From a bacterium (GTDB lineage: Bacteria; UBA8248), in assembly GCA_965213685.1 (NCBI GenBank), contig CBDBZY010000031.1:310829-374828 (forward strand): a stretch of DNA of 64,000 bases, read 5' to 3'. Of this stretch, positions 22,894 to 33,511 are shown piece by piece. The notes under the pieces were generated by a model. That model was not told the DNA's origin. It was given only the letters and a program-made list of their open reading frames with translations, and did not search any database. A program made the position numbers and the translations under genes. Positions within the stretch are counted from its first letter, which is position 1. Each line of letters opens with the position of its first letter.

Positions 22894-23535
22894 TCACGCC
22901 TCCGGCAGGAGGGTTCGCGCGTCCTGGAGCGCGGCCTCGGCCTGGGCGGGCGCCAGCCCTCGCGCACCCGAGAGGTTGACGCCCCGGATGTCGGCCATCT
23001 CCATGTCCGCATCGTCCAGGAGCGCGCCGGCGAGATTCGCGCCCGCGAGCCGCGCCCGCTGCAGCGACGCCCCGCGCAGGTCGGCCCCCTCCAGGTCGGC
23101 GTTCGTCAAATCCGCGAATTTCAGGTCCGCCGACATCAGGTTCGCCCCGGACATCCGGGCGGCTGCGAGGTTCGCACCCTCGAGGTTCGACTGAAACAGG
23201 TCGGCGGACTCGAGTTGGGCGTCCGAGAGGTCCGCCCCGCCCAGGTTCGCCCACTGCGCGTCCGCCCGGCCGAGGCGCGCCCCCCGCAAATCGGCCTTCG
23301 AGAGATTCGCCATGAACAGGTTGGCGGACTCGAGGCGCGCACCCGCCAGGTCGGCCCGCTCCCCGCTCGCACCGGCACTCTCGAGCCACCTGCCGTGGGC
23401 TTCGGCCTTCTTCCGGAACAGCGCCTCCCGCTCCGCCGGGTCGGGCGCCATGGGCAGGCCGGGGCCCCGCGCGGGCGGCGCATCCCCGGATGCGGCGCCG
23501 CCCCTTTTCCGGAGCCAGCCGAGAATCTTCCTCAT
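22894..23535 (-). CDS. Pentapeptide repeat protein
   Basis: Tandem A(D/N)LxxA-type repeats (ADLAG ARLES ANLFM ANLSK ADLRG...). Confidence 0.9.
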   Translation of the reverse strand: MRKILGWLRKRGGAASGDAPPARGPGLPMAPDPAEREALFRKKAEAHGRWLESAGASGERADLAGARLESANLFMANLSKADLRGARLGRADAQWANLGGADLSDAQLESADLFQSNLEGANLAAARMSGANLMSADLKFADLTNADLEGADLRGASLQRARLAGANLAGALLDDADMEMADIRGVNLSGARGLAPAQAEAALQDARTLLPEA

Positions 23536-23592
23536 GACGGCGACACCTCGCTTCCGCCCTCCACCAGGGCGCCCGGCGGGGTGCATCCTTCC

Positions 23593-24393
23593 TCAAGCGG
23601 CGAGGGAGGCGAGGAAGTCATGGCATATCCGCGCGAAGGCGTCGGGCCGCTCGATGAGCGCCACGTGGCCCGTGCCCTCCAGGACGATGAGCCTCGAGCC
23701 CCTGATGCGGGCGTGCATCTCCCGCGCGTGGTGGGGGTCGACGATCAGGTCGCGATCCGAGCAGGTGATGAGCGTGGGCGCCTCGATCCGGTGAAGGCGC
23801 TCGAGGGTGTCTCCCTCCAGGCAGGCCTGGAGCTGCCCCTCCCAGCCGACGTCCTCTCCGGATCGCTCCATGAGCCACCGCCTCTTCTCCTCCAGCGCAT
23901 CGGCGTTCGCGTCGTAGAATACGTGGGAATACAGCCCCAGGAGGCTGATCTCGACGAGCGCCTCGCGCTCGCCGCGCGCGGCCAGACGCTTGCGGGCGCG
24001 CTGAAACGAGGCGAGGCGCGCGCAGTTTCTCGCCCAGGTGTGGTGGAGGCCCAGACTGAGGACACGCTCCGGATGGCGCAACGCGAGTTCGGTCGAGATG
24101 TGTCCCCCCATGGAGAAGCCCATGACGTGGGCGCACCCGACGCCTGAGGCGTCCAGAACGCAGGCGGCGTCCTCGGCCATGTCCGCGAGGGAATACCCGG
24201 GAGGGGGAGCCGCACTCCTGCCCACGCCCCGGTTGTCGAGGACGATACAGCGGTAATCCGCGCTCAACAGGGGCAGTTGGCCCGACCAGAAGGTGTGGTC
24301 GTGGCCCGTTCCGCTCACCAGCAGAAGGGGCGGCCCCTCCCCTTGCGCCTCATAGAAAATCTCCGCACCGGAGCGCGACCGGACGAACGGCAT
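23593..24393 (-). CDS. Alpha/beta fold hydrolase (PcaD/RutD-like)
   Basis: GEGPPLLLVSG, DNRGVGRS, GFSMGG, catalytic Asp and GH motifs. Confidence 0.88.
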   Translation of the reverse strand: MPFVRSRSGAEIFYEAQGEGPPLLLVSGTGHDHTFWSGQLPLLSADYRCIVLDNRGVGRSAAPPPGYSLADMAEDAACVLDASGVGCAHVMGFSMGGHISTELALRHPERVLSLGLHHTWARNCARLASFQRARKRLAARGEREALVEISLLGLYSHVFYDANADALEEKRRWLMERSGEDVGWEGQLQACLEGDTLERLHRIEAPTLITCSDRDLIVDPHHAREMHARIRGSRLIVLEGTGHVALIERPDAFARICHDFLASLAA

Positions 24394-24425
24394 CGGGGAT
24401 GCCCTCCCTGAAAGGGCGCGCGGCC

Positions 24426-25106
24426 TCACATTCGCGGTTCATCCTCGGGACCCCAGAAAAACGGGTCCAGCAACAGACCCTCCCGGGGGATTCGGGCGCG
24501 CGGCGCCAGCCCCTGCTTGCGCTTGAGGCGCTGAATCGTCCGCAAGTGCACCAGCCCCTCCCAGTACATCTGCAGGAGCATCCCCCCGAGGGTGAACGTA
24601 AATTTCGTCTCATCCTCCACGTCCTGCGATATTCCCCCTTCGTGAAACGTGGAGACGTGCATCCAGAACCGGTAGACGGGCAGCGCCGTGTCCCCCATCA
24701 GCAGGTCGGGCCGGAACGCGCGGGTGATGCGCAACGCCCGCAAATCATCCGCGCTCCTGCCCTCGGCGGCGCGCTCGGCGAAGGAGATCGCCTCGTCGAA
24801 CTTGGGCAGCAGGTCCTCCAGCTTCCAGTATCTCTCCTCATCCAGCCTCCGATCATACCGATCGGGAGCGGCCTGCGAGAAATCCACCGGGTCCTCGGGC
24901 GGGTTCTCCGGCCAGAGGGTTTTGCCCCACATCTTCGCCCACCAGAAGAAATACGCGAGCGCCACATGGCTTATCTGCCGCCGGACGCTCCAGCGCGACC
25001 AATCCTCGGAGGGGTACTCCCAGTCGAGCTGGGCGTCGGTCAGCCCGTCCACCTCCTGATGAAACATCGCGCGCAGCGCCTGAAAATCGGGGACTCCCTC
25101 ACGCAC
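24426..25106 (-). CDS. DinB-like family protein
   Basis: GLTDAQLDW...WSVRRQISHV...EGLVHLRTI. GTG start after AGGAGG inferred. Confidence 0.65.
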   Translation of the reverse strand: MREGVPDFQALRAMFHQEVDGLTDAQLDWEYPSEDWSRWSVRRQISHVALAYFFWWAKMWGKTLWPENPPEDPVDFSQAAPDRYDRRLDEERYWKLEDLLPKFDEAISFAERAAEGRSADDLRALRITRAFRPDLLMGDTALPVYRFWMHVSTFHEGGISQDVEDETKFTFTLGGMLLQMYWEGLVHLRTIQRLKRKQGLAPRARIPREGLLLDPFFWGPEDEPRM

Positions 25107-25204
25107 GTCCGCCTCCTCTCCTCCAGCCGACCCTTCGCCGACGCCAGCCTCCCGTCCGCCACCGCGCAATCGGCGACTCGCACAGGATACACGCCCGGCG
25201 GCCG

Positions 25205-26752
25205 CTACAAAACCCGCAAATCCCTGCCCGTCATCTCCGGCGGCGGCGCAATCCCCATCAACCCCAGCAGGGTGGGCGCCACGTCGCACAGCGCGCCGCC
25301 CGCCCGCAGCGGGGCGTCGAACCCGGGCGCCGCGACGACGCACGGCGTCTCGTTCAGGGTGTGCGCGGTATGGGGGCAGGCGTTTTCCGCATCCCACATG
25401 ACCTCGCAATTCCCGTGATCCGCCGTCACCACCGCGGCCCCCCCGACCCGCTCCAGGGCGCGCAGGACGCGCCCGAGGCAGGCGTCCACAACGCGGACCG
25501 CCTCCACGGCGGCGCTCTCCACGCCGGTGTGTCCCACCATGTCCGGATTGGCGTAGTTCACGACGATGGCGTCGTCCTCCCCGCCCGCGACGGCGTCCAG
25601 AACCACCCGCGTGACCTCCCCGGCGCTCATCTCCGGCTGGAGGTCATAGGTGGCCACCCGGGGGGAGGGAACCATCCGCCGCCTCTCCCCCGGAGGCGGC
25701 TCCTCGACGCCGCCATTGAAGAAATACGTGACGTGCGGATACTTCTCCGTCTCGGCGACCCGCAGGCACGTTCGCCCCGCATCCGCCAGCGCATGGCAGA
25801 ACAGCCCCTCCATCCGCAAGGGGGGAAACGCCACGGGAAGCGCCAGGCGTTCGTCATACTCCGTCATGCAAACGTAACCCACCCGCGGCCTGCCGGAAAC
25901 GTCGAAGCCGCCGAAGCGCTCCTCCGTGAACATCCGGGTGAGCTGCCGCACCCTGTCCGCGCGGAAATTCATGCATATCACGGCGTCGCCATCCCGAATC
26001 AGCCCGACCGGGCACCCGTCTTCGCGCAGCACCACCGGCTCGATGAACTCATCCGTCACGCCCCGCGCATAGGAGGCCTCTATCGCCTCGCAGGCGCTCC
26101 GCGCGCAAGCGCCCTCGCCCGCCACCATCGCCCGGTAGGCCCGCTCGCTTCTCTCCCAGCGCTCGTCGCGGTCCATGGCGTAGTAGCGGCCCATGAGGGT
26201 GGCGACCCTGGCGTCCGCCTCGCGCCGCAAACTCTCCGCATACCGCCGGACGAACGCCAGGCCCGAGCGGGGGGGCGTGTCCCGCCCATCGGTGAAGGCG
26301 TGCGCGAAGATGCGCTCGACTCCCGCCTCCCGCCCCATGCGCGCCAGCGCCACCCCGTGCTCCTGCAGGCTGTGGACGCCGCCGTCGGAGACGAGGCCGA
26401 GGATGTGCAGCGCCCCGCCCCGGGCCCGCGCCTTCCGGAGACAGTCGACGAACGCGGGGAGGGCGAAGAAATCCCCCTCCCCGATGGCGCGACCGATGCG
26501 AACGACCTCCTGGTTCACCACCCGGCCCGCGCCCAGGTTCAGATGCCCCACCTCGGAGTTGCCCATCTGGCCGTCGGGAAGCCCCACGGCGCGCCCGGAG
26601 GTGCGGAGGCGGGCGCCGGGCCGGCCGGCCAGAAGGCCGTCCATGGTCGGGGTGTCGGCCAAAGCGGCGGCGTTGTGGGCGGGATCGGCGGACAGCCCCC
26701 ATCCATCGAGAACGACGAGCATGACGGGACGAGGAACGCGCAATGGTTTCAC
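25205..26752 (-). CDS. gpmI: 2,3-bisphosphoglycerate-independent phosphoglycerate mutase
   Basis: LDGWG, GQMGNSEVGH, GRYYAMDRD, AETEKYPHVTYFFNGG, NPDMVGHTG, TADHGN. Confidence 0.97.
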   Translation of the reverse strand: MKPLRVPRPVMLVVLDGWGLSADPAHNAAALADTPTMDGLLAGRPGARLRTSGRAVGLPDGQMGNSEVGHLNLGAGRVVNQEVVRIGRAIGEGDFFALPAFVDCLRKARARGGALHILGLVSDGGVHSLQEHGVALARMGREAGVERIFAHAFTDGRDTPPRSGLAFVRRYAESLRREADARVATLMGRYYAMDRDERWERSERAYRAMVAGEGACARSACEAIEASYARGVTDEFIEPVVLREDGCPVGLIRDGDAVICMNFRADRVRQLTRMFTEERFGGFDVSGRPRVGYVCMTEYDERLALPVAFPPLRMEGLFCHALADAGRTCLRVAETEKYPHVTYFFNGGVEEPPPGERRRMVPSPRVATYDLQPEMSAGEVTRVVLDAVAGGEDDAIVVNYANPDMVGHTGVESAAVEAVRVVDACLGRVLRALERVGGAAVVTADHGNCEVMWDAENACPHTAHTLNETPCVVAAPGFDAPLRAGGALCDVAPTLLGLMGIAPPPEMTGRDLRVL

Positions 26753-26796
26753 GAGGCCTTTGCGTGCAGAAGCTGAAAAAGAGCGGAGCCGCTCCC

Positions 26797-27747
26797 CTAT
26801 TTCGGGTCAAAGACGCGGACGAACCGCCTCGTCTTCTTGTCCCACATCCAAAATTCCTTTACCGGAAACCGCTCGACGGAGACCGAATCCTTCCCGTTTC
26901 CGCCGCGCGCGGCGGACACCCGCGCCTCGTATCTCCGCACCCCCTTCAGGATCAGGGTGGCCGGGTTGCCCGGACCGTTGAAGCGAAAACGAACCCGGGC
27001 GCGCAGGCTTTCGCTCCTTTGCACGCTGCGGCTCTCCGCCTCGTCCAGATACTCTTTCGGCCACCGCAAATTCTCCTGCAGGCGCGCGAACCACACCATC
27101 TCGAAGCGGCGCTTCCGGATCGCCTTGATGACCCGCACGACGTCTGACTGTCGGCCGTTGGCGCCCTCCCGAACGTTCATGATCAGCTCGCTCGTGCCGT
27201 CCGCCGTCAGGTCGGCTATCTGGTAGGTGACCTCCCTCCCGTGACTCAGGTCGCTGTAGGAGGCGAGCGGTGCGCGCCCGTTCTTGTCGTCATCCATCAG
27301 ACAAAAGGTGATGTAGTGCGTTTTGCGGGGATCCGACTGGATGACCATCAGGGTTTCGAGGCGCTTGTCCGCGTCCATGTTGAGGGGAATGAAATCCACC
27401 GAGAAGGCGTAGTCGCGCAGATGCCCGGAGGAGAGATACCAGGGCCACTCGTTTTCCGGCAGCGGACAATTCGACAGCGCGTTCAGCTGTATGTTCTGAT
27501 CCGGGGAGAACAGCTTGCGGGCGAGGCGCCAGTCCGCGCGCCTCCCCAACCGCTTGAGGTGGGCGACGAGGCGAGAGACGCGGTCCTGGCGGACGGGTTC
27601 GGCGGCGGCCGCAAGCCCGCCGAGGCCCCAGAGCGAGACGAGAAGCCATGCGGTACAGGCCATCCCCATGCGGCCTCTCACGATGCGTCCTCCCCAGAAC
27701 GCCCCGGCCCCTTCGCCGAAATCCCGCGCGTCGTCGGCTCCCGGCAA
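26797..27747 (-). CDS. Hypothetical exported protein
   Basis: Long ORF within the co-directional run, with a hydrophobic signal-like segment and DxDxD/ADLTADG-like loops. The true start is probably downstream (~27669). Confidence 0.6.
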   Translation of the reverse strand: MPGADDARDFGEGAGAFWGGRIVRGRMGMACTAWLLVSLWGLGGLAAAAEPVRQDRVSRLVAHLKRLGRRADWRLARKLFSPDQNIQLNALSNCPLPENEWPWYLSSGHLRDYAFSVDFIPLNMDADKRLETLMVIQSDPRKTHYITFCLMDDDKNGRAPLASYSDLSHGREVTYQIADLTADGTSELIMNVREGANGRQSDVVRVIKAIRKRRFEMVWFARLQENLRWPKEYLDEAESRSVQRSESLRARVRFRFNGPGNPATLILKGVRRYEARVSAARGGNGKDSVSVERFPVKEFWMWDKKTRRFVRVFDPK

Positions 27748-27767
27748 GGGAGCGCCAGCGAAGCCTG

Positions 27768-28790
27768 CTAGGGCCGGAGCAACACCTTGATTATCCCCTT
27801 TTCGCGGGCTTTTTCAAACGCCCGGGGCGCGTCCCGCAAGGCGAAACGCCCATGAATCATGGAAGATACGCGCAGCGCGCGCGTCTTGAGTGCGCGAATC
27901 GCGGGGGCGAAGGGGCCGCAGCGCGAACCCAGGAGGGTGATTTCATCCACCACCAGGGCGGAGAGATCCACAGAGACCATCGAGGCCACCGTGCTCTTGA
28001 GCACCAGGACGCCCTTGGGTTTCGTCTTGGAGGCGGCGAGGGAGAAGCCGCCTGCCGCGCCGGTGGCCTCGACCACCACGGGCCACCTCCGCCCTCCGGA
28101 GCAGACGGCCTCCGCAGGCTCCGTCCAGGCGGGAATCCCGAACGGGGCGAGCAGCGCCATTTTTCTCGGGTGGCGGCCCAGCACGCCCACCTTCGCCCCG
28201 GCGGCGCGAAGCACCTGGGCTTGCAGAAGGCCGAGGCGCCCGTCGCCCACGACCAGCACCTCCCGCTCCAGGATTTCGGGAAACTGCCCGATCACCTCCA
28301 GGCAGGCGGCGATGGGTTCACAAAAGACAGCCTCCTCGTCCTCCACGGAGTCGGGGAGGGGGTGCAGGTTTTCATCGGGCAGGCAGGCGTATTCCGCAAA
28401 CGCCCCGGCGCGGCCGAGAATGCCGAGGACGCTCCTCTGCGGGCAATGCCGCCCCATTCCGTCCGCACACCAGGCGCAGCGCCCGCATCCGCAATTTATC
28501 TCGCCCACGACCCTGTGCCCCAGGAGCGGGTGCGCCTCCGGCCCCGCCACCTCGCCCACGAACTCGTGGCCCGGCACGCCCCGAAAATTCATGTATCCGC
28601 GGAGCAACTCCAGGTCGGTGGCGCAAATGCCCGCGAGCCGCACCCTGAGGAGCGCCTCCCCGGGCGGCGGCTTCGGGCACTCCACCTCCTTGAGGGAGGG
28701 ACCGCTTTCCTCCAGGACGTATGCCAGCAACCGATGACGCCTCTCTCTTCTCCGGGCGGCGACGAGCGGCGCGGACGCGCTGTGCCTCAT
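27768..28790 (-). CDS. Zinc-dependent alcohol dehydrogenase (MDR family)
   Basis: GICATD, GHEFVG, structural CGRCAWC...HC and GDGRLG. Confidence 0.9.
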   Translation of the reverse strand: MRHSASAPLVAARRRERRHRLLAYVLEESGPSLKEVECPKPPPGEALLRVRLAGICATDLELLRGYMNFRGVPGHEFVGEVAGPEAHPLLGHRVVGEINCGCGRCAWCADGMGRHCPQRSVLGILGRAGAFAEYACLPDENLHPLPDSVEDEEAVFCEPIAACLEVIGQFPEILEREVLVVGDGRLGLLQAQVLRAAGAKVGVLGRHPRKMALLAPFGIPAWTEPAEAVCSGGRRWPVVVEATGAAGGFSLAASKTKPKGVLVLKSTVASMVSVDLSALVVDEITLLGSRCGPFAPAIRALKTRALRVSSMIHGRFALRDAPRAFEKAREKGIIKVLLRP

Positions 28791-29518
28791 TCCTGCGACT
28801 TCAGGGCCTCCCGCACGCGGCCGACCCCCAGATGCTCGGCGATGACGTCCTCGCGCGCGAGGAGCTCCGCACTGCTCCCCTCGAAGGCGATGCGCCCGCG
28901 ACTCAGCACGTAGAAGTAATCCCCCACCTCCAGGGCCAGGGAGAGGTTCTGCTCGACGAGCAGGATGGAGAGGCCGTGGGTGCGGGTCTGGAGGATTCCG
29001 TCCCGGATGGCGCGGACGAGGCCCGGCGCGAGGCCCTCGGTCGGCTCGTCGAGCAGGATGAGCCGCGGCCGCGCCACCAGGGCGCGCGCGATCACGAGCA
29101 TCTGCTGCTCGCCTCCGCTGAGGCTGCCCGCCCGCTGGCCGGCGCGCTCGGCCAGAACCGGGAAAAACGCCAGCGCCTCCCCGACGCCCCCCGCCTCCGC
29201 GCGCGGGCTGGCCTGCGCGGCGACCCGGATGTTCTCCTCGACCGTCAGGGAGCCGAACGGACGTCTGTCCTCGGGCACGTAGGCGACCCCCATCCGGGCG
29301 ATCCGGTGGGCGGCGAGGGCGTCGATCCGCCGATCCCCCAGGGCGACCTCCCCCGAGGTGGCGGGCGCCAGGCCCATGATGGCCTTGAGCGTCGTGCTCT
29401 TGCCGGCGCCGTTGCGGCCGATGAGGCAGACGATTCTGCCGGCGCCCACCTCGAGGCTGACGCCGTGGAGAACGTGGGCGCTCCCGTAATGGACGTGAAG
29501 CGAGGAGACCCGCAGCAT
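28787..29518 (-). CDS. Branched-chain amino acid-type ABC ATP-binding protein (LivF-like)
   Basis: From MLRVSSLHVHYG: GRNGAGKST, LSGGEQQML, DEPTEGLAP. Confidence 0.92.
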   Translation of the reverse strand: MLRVSSLHVHYGSAHVLHGVSLEVGAGRIVCLIGRNGAGKSTTLKAIMGLAPATSGEVALGDRRIDALAAHRIARMGVAYVPEDRRPFGSLTVEENIRVAAQASPRAEAGGVGEALAFFPVLAERAGQRAGSLSGGEQQMLVIARALVARPRLILLDEPTEGLAPGLVRAIRDGILQTRTHGLSILLVEQNLSLALEVGDYFYVLSRGRIAFEGSSAELLAREDVIAEHLGVGRVREALKSQE

Positions 29519-30276
29519 CAGCCCCCCTCCACTTCCACGGCGCCGAGGTAGGCGTCCTGCACCAGCGGGTCCCTGCTGATCCGCTCCGGCGATCCCTGGG
29601 CGATCACCCGTCCCTGCGTCATCACGGTGATCCTGTCCGAAATCGAGAGCACCACCTCCGTGTCGTGTTCGACGAGAAGGACGCTCGTCCTCTCCGCGAT
29701 GCGCCGCACCAGGCGGGCGATGCGCTCCGTCTCCGTTCGGGACATGCCCGCCGTCGGCTCGTCGAGGAGCAGCACCTCGGGGTTCAGCGCCAGCCCGATG
29801 GCGACCTCCAGCACCCGCTTGTCGCCGTGCCCCATCTCCTCTGGCCGAAGGTGCGCCTTCTCCAGCAGCCCGACCACCCGCAACGCCTCCTCCGCCTCCC
29901 CGCGGGCTTCCCGGCAGGCGCTCGCCTTGCGGAAAAAGTCGAAATTCCGGCCCTGCCGGGAGCGCGCCGCCAGCTCCACGTTCTCCCGGGCGCTCAACTC
30001 GCCGAATACCTGGGTGATCTGAAAGGTCCGCACCACCCCCGCCTTCACCAGCCTGTGGGAGGGGAGGCGGGTGACGTCCTCCCCCCCGAGGAGCACCCTG
30101 CCGGCGTCGGGGCGGAGGAAGCCGGTGATGCAATGGAACAGCGTCGTCTTGCCGGCGCCGTTCGGCCCTATCAGCGAGTGCACCTCGCCGGCCGCGACCT
30201 CGAGGGTCACGTCATGGACGGCGCACAGGGCGCCGAAGGATTTGCGAAGGCCCTCGATCACGAACGCGCTGGCCAA
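29518..30276 (-). CDS. Branched-chain amino acid-type ABC ATP-binding protein (LivG-like)
   Basis: GPNGAGKTT, RTFQ, DEPTAGM, VQDAYLG. TTG start inferred. Confidence 0.9.
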   Translation of the reverse strand: MASAFVIEGLRKSFGALCAVHDVTLEVAAGEVHSLIGPNGAGKTTLFHCITGFLRPDAGRVLLGGEDVTRLPSHRLVKAGVVRTFQITQVFGELSARENVELAARSRQGRNFDFFRKASACREARGEAEEALRVVGLLEKAHLRPEEMGHGDKRVLEVAIGLALNPEVLLLDEPTAGMSRTETERIARLVRRIAERTSVLLVEHDTEVVLSISDRITVMTQGRVIAQGSPERISRDPLVQDAYLGAVEVEGG

Positions 30277-31262
30277 AATCGTCTCCAGATTCTCTCGGCG
30301 ATGCCCGCGATCCCCGACGGCATGAAGAGGACGGCCAGCACGAAAGCCAGCCCGAAGGAAAATTGCCACGCGCGGAACATCGTCGTCACATGATCGCGGA
30401 TGAACACGAAGCCTATCGCCCCGACGATCGGGCCGAACAGCGTTCCGATGCCGCCGAAAATCGTGATGGCCAGTATGTTGCCCGACTCGATCCAGTAGAG
30501 CGACATCGGGTTCGCGCCCGCCTTCAGGAAGACGAAGAGCGTTCCCGCGACGCCGCCCACCATCCAGGAGAGGACCAGAACCGCCAGCTTGTGGCGCGGC
30601 ACGTCGATTCCGATGGCGGCCGCCCTGTCCTCGTTCGAGCGAATCGCCAGGAGGGTGTGCCCGAACGGAGAGGCCACCAGCCTGCGCAGGAGCAGGTAGG
30701 AGACGATGAGCGTGGCGGCGGTCAGCAGGTAGAATTCCCCTCCGGGTTCCACCGTGCGGCCCAGCAGCTTCGGCAGCGGAACGCCGATGAGCCCGTCCAG
30801 CCCGCCCGTGACCGAGCGCCACACGACGGATATCTGGAACAGCACCTGGCAGATGCAGAGGGTGAGGATGGCGAACGCGATTCCGGACAGGCGGGTCACG
30901 ACGAGGCCGGTGAGGAGCGCCACGCCCGCGGCGGCGGATACGGCGGCGGCGGCGGAGAGGAAAAAATCCGCGGACACGTTCTGGGCGAAAATCCCCGCGG
31001 CGTAGGTCGCGAGGCCGAAGCTCGCGGCATGGCCGAACGACACCAGCCCGGTGTATCCCACCAGCAGGTCCAGGCTCATCGCCCAGATGCCGAAAATCAA
31101 CGCCTCCGTCAGCAGGGTGATGAAAAACGGGTTGACGTCCAGGAGGGGGACGGCCAGGGCGAGGGCCGCGCACGCCGCGAGGAGAACCCGCACGGCGACC
31201 TCGCGCGAGCGGGTACTGCCCGCGTCCGCCGCCGGGCTTGCCGCGTCAGGCGATTCGGCCAC
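30258..31262 (-). CDS. Branched-chain amino acid-type ABC permease (LivM-like)
   Basis: GYTGLVSFGHA, TGGLDG, SPFGHTLLAIRSNE, GGIGTLFGP. Confidence 0.92.
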   Translation of the reverse strand: MAESPDAASPAADAGSTRSREVAVRVLLAACAALALAVPLLDVNPFFITLLTEALIFGIWAMSLDLLVGYTGLVSFGHAASFGLATYAAGIFAQNVSADFFLSAAAAVSAAAGVALLTGLVVTRLSGIAFAILTLCICQVLFQISVVWRSVTGGLDGLIGVPLPKLLGRTVEPGGEFYLLTAATLIVSYLLLRRLVASPFGHTLLAIRSNEDRAAAIGIDVPRHKLAVLVLSWMVGGVAGTLFVFLKAGANPMSLYWIESGNILAITIFGGIGTLFGPIVGAIGFVFIRDHVTTMFRAWQFSFGLAFVLAVLFMPSGIAGIAERIWRRFWPARS

Positions 31263-32112
31263 GACCGAACACTCCCCTGGGACGCAGAACCATGATGGCC
31301 GCCACGACCAGAAACAGGACCGCGATGGCCCATTCCGCGATATACCCGCCGCCGATGGACTTCGCCAGCGCCACGATGAACGCCCCCGCCGCCGTGCCCG
31401 GCAGGTGCCCGAGTCCGCCCAGGATCACCGCCAGGAACGAGTCGATGATGACCCCCATGCCCATTTCCGGCTCGACGGAAAAAATGGGCGCCCCGAGCGC
31501 GCCGGCGAACGCCGCAAAGCCGGCCGCACCCCCGAAGATGCCCGTGAGCAGCCGCCGCGTATCGATTCCCAGAGCCTCGGCCATCTCGCCGTCATCCGTG
31601 ATGGCGCGTATCTTCAGCCCGACGGACGTGCGCTGGATGAAGACGAAAACGAGCCCCGTCACGAGCAGCGAAAGCGCCGCCGCGAAGAGCCTGTAGACGG
31701 GAAACTGGTTGCCGGCGATGTTCACCGTCCCCCGGAAGACGGCGGGCGGACTGATCAGGGTGGTCTCGGTGCCCCACAGATACTCGATGGCGCCCGTGAT
31801 CATGAACGACAGGCCGAAGGTCACGAGCAAGGTGTAAATCTCGTTGCGGCCCCGGATGGGAGCGATCGTCAGCCGCTCCATCGCGATGGCGATGGGCACG
31901 ACCAGCAGCGGCGCGAACGCCATCGCCCCCCACCCCAGCGTCGGCAGGAGGAGGATGAAGAAATACCCGCCCAGGGCGTAGAGCACCCCGTGGGCGAAGT
32001 TGACGACCCGTCCCAGGCCGAACACGAGGCTCAGGCCCAGGCTGGTGAGCGCCAGGAACGCGCCGTAGATGACCCCGTTCAACGAATTGACGAACAAGAA
32101 GTTCCAATCCAT
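31246..32112 (-). CDS. Branched-chain amino acid-type ABC permease (LivH-like)
   Basis: GLSLVFGLGRVVNFAHG, AEALGID, VILGGLG. Confidence 0.92.
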   Translation of the reverse strand: MDWNFLFVNSLNGVIYGAFLALTSLGLSLVFGLGRVVNFAHGVLYALGGYFFILLLPTLGWGAMAFAPLLVVPIAIAMERLTIAPIRGRNEIYTLLVTFGLSFMITGAIEYLWGTETTLISPPAVFRGTVNIAGNQFPVYRLFAAALSLLVTGLVFVFIQRTSVGLKIRAITDDGEMAEALGIDTRRLLTGIFGGAAGFAAFAGALGAPIFSVEPEMGMGVIIDSFLAVILGGLGHLPGTAAGAFIVALAKSIGGGYIAEWAIAVLFLVVAAIMVLRPRGVFGRGRIA

Positions 32113-32121
32113 CGGGGACGG

Positions 32122-33360
32122 CTATTTCTTCACATGGCAGCCGAGCTGCTTCGCCGGCAGAAGCGTTTCGTAGGACGAGAGAATCTCGACCGACTGCGCG
32201 TATTGGGCGCCGTACCTGGGCGTCTGGAGCTTCTCGATGTTCCCGAGGATGAGGGGCACCTCCGCCATGCGCCCGTTCGGCTGGAAGTGCATCCTCCCCG
32301 CCGGCGTTATCATGTCGATCTGCTCGAGTGCGCCCACGACGGCTTTCGCGTCCGTCGAGCCGGCCTGCTCCATCGCCTGAAACAGGAGCAGGGCCGCCGT
32401 CCCGGCCTGGATGGCCTGCATCCCGGCCACGCGGCCGTGCATCTTGTGATACAGCTCGTTGAACTTGCGGGTCATCGGCACCCGCTCCTCCAGCCGCCAC
32501 GCACCCCACGCGCCCGCCGAGATGATGTGGGTGGACAAGCTCCCGAGCTTGGCGATGAGCCAGTCCGGCAGGCCGATGGGCGCCACCAGCACCGCTTCTT
32601 TCGTGAGGCCAAACTCATGGGCCTGCTGGATGAACTGCACGAGCGGCGTGCCCAGGGTGACGGGAATGACGACGGCCGTCGCGCCCGCCGAACGCACCTT
32701 TGCGATGAACGGCGCCCAGTCCGTGGTGTCGAGCGGCGCGAAGGTTTCCCCGACATACTTGACGCCCTTGACGATCTTCACCGAACGCGCCACCCGGCGG
32801 CTCCAGGGGTAGTCGTGGCCGAGGGTGAACCACTTCGCGGTGCGCAGCTTCGGGTTCCGCGTGATGAGGTGGCGCATCGCCGCGACGGCCATCTGGGGGG
32901 TCGGGTTCGTCTGGAACACCCAGTAGTTGCACTTCTTCCCCGTGATGACGGCGGAGCCGCTGTTCGAGGTGATGATCGGCACGCGCAGACGGTCCGCCAC
33001 CGGCAGCAGCGCGAGTGCCTCGAGCGTGCTGGTTCCCAGAATCGCCGCGACGCGGTTTCTTTGCACCAGTTTGGTCGCCTTGGTGACCGCCACCTGCGCG
33101 TTGACGAGGCTGTCCTCGAGCACGAGCGCAACGGGCCGGCCCAGGACGGGCCCGCGCATTTTCACGGCCGTCTGAATCCCGGTGCTGATCTCGTCTCCGA
33201 TGGGCTTCAGCTTCCCGCTGAGAAACGTCAGCACCCCGATTTTGACGGGCTCCTTCGGAGCGGCGAAAACGGGGGCGCAAAAGACGGCGAGAAGCGTCAA
33301 CATCGCCGCCACAAGACCAGAAACGCCGAACCATCGCTTGGGGACATACATGCGCATCAT
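32122..33360 (-). CDS. Branched-chain amino acid-type ABC substrate-binding protein
   Basis: Signal peptide, PVKIGVLTFLSG, DYPW, PLDTTDW. First gene of the liv-type operon. Confidence 0.9.
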   Translation of the reverse strand: MMRMYVPKRWFGVSGLVAAMLTLLAVFCAPVFAAPKEPVKIGVLTFLSGKLKPIGDEISTGIQTAVKMRGPVLGRPVALVLEDSLVNAQVAVTKATKLVQRNRVAAILGTSTLEALALLPVADRLRVPIITSNSGSAVITGKKCNYWVFQTNPTPQMAVAAMRHLITRNPKLRTAKWFTLGHDYPWSRRVARSVKIVKGVKYVGETFAPLDTTDWAPFIAKVRSAGATAVVIPVTLGTPLVQFIQQAHEFGLTKEAVLVAPIGLPDWLIAKLGSLSTHIISAGAWGAWRLEERVPMTRKFNELYHKMHGRVAGMQAIQAGTAALLLFQAMEQAGSTDAKAVVGALEQIDMITPAGRMHFQPNGRMAEVPLILGNIEKLQTPRYGAQYAQSVEILSSYETLLPAKQLGCHVKK

Positions 33361-33511
33361 GACATGATCCTCCCTGGCTTCCGATTCCGTGGACTCGACC
33401 GCAGGCGCGGAGGCTCCCCTTCCCTTCCAGTGGTCAGAGGAAAATCCGAACTCCCCCCCGGAGTCATTCCGGCAAGGCCCGCGCAGGTAAAATGGCGAAG
33501 ATGATGTCCGC

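Noticed and set aside
22950-23370. Periodic ~15-nt DNA repeats suggesting a CRISPR or VNTR array
   Set aside because: They are explained by the pentapeptide-repeat coding sequence. No identical repeat-spacer array or cas genes were seen anywhere in the window.
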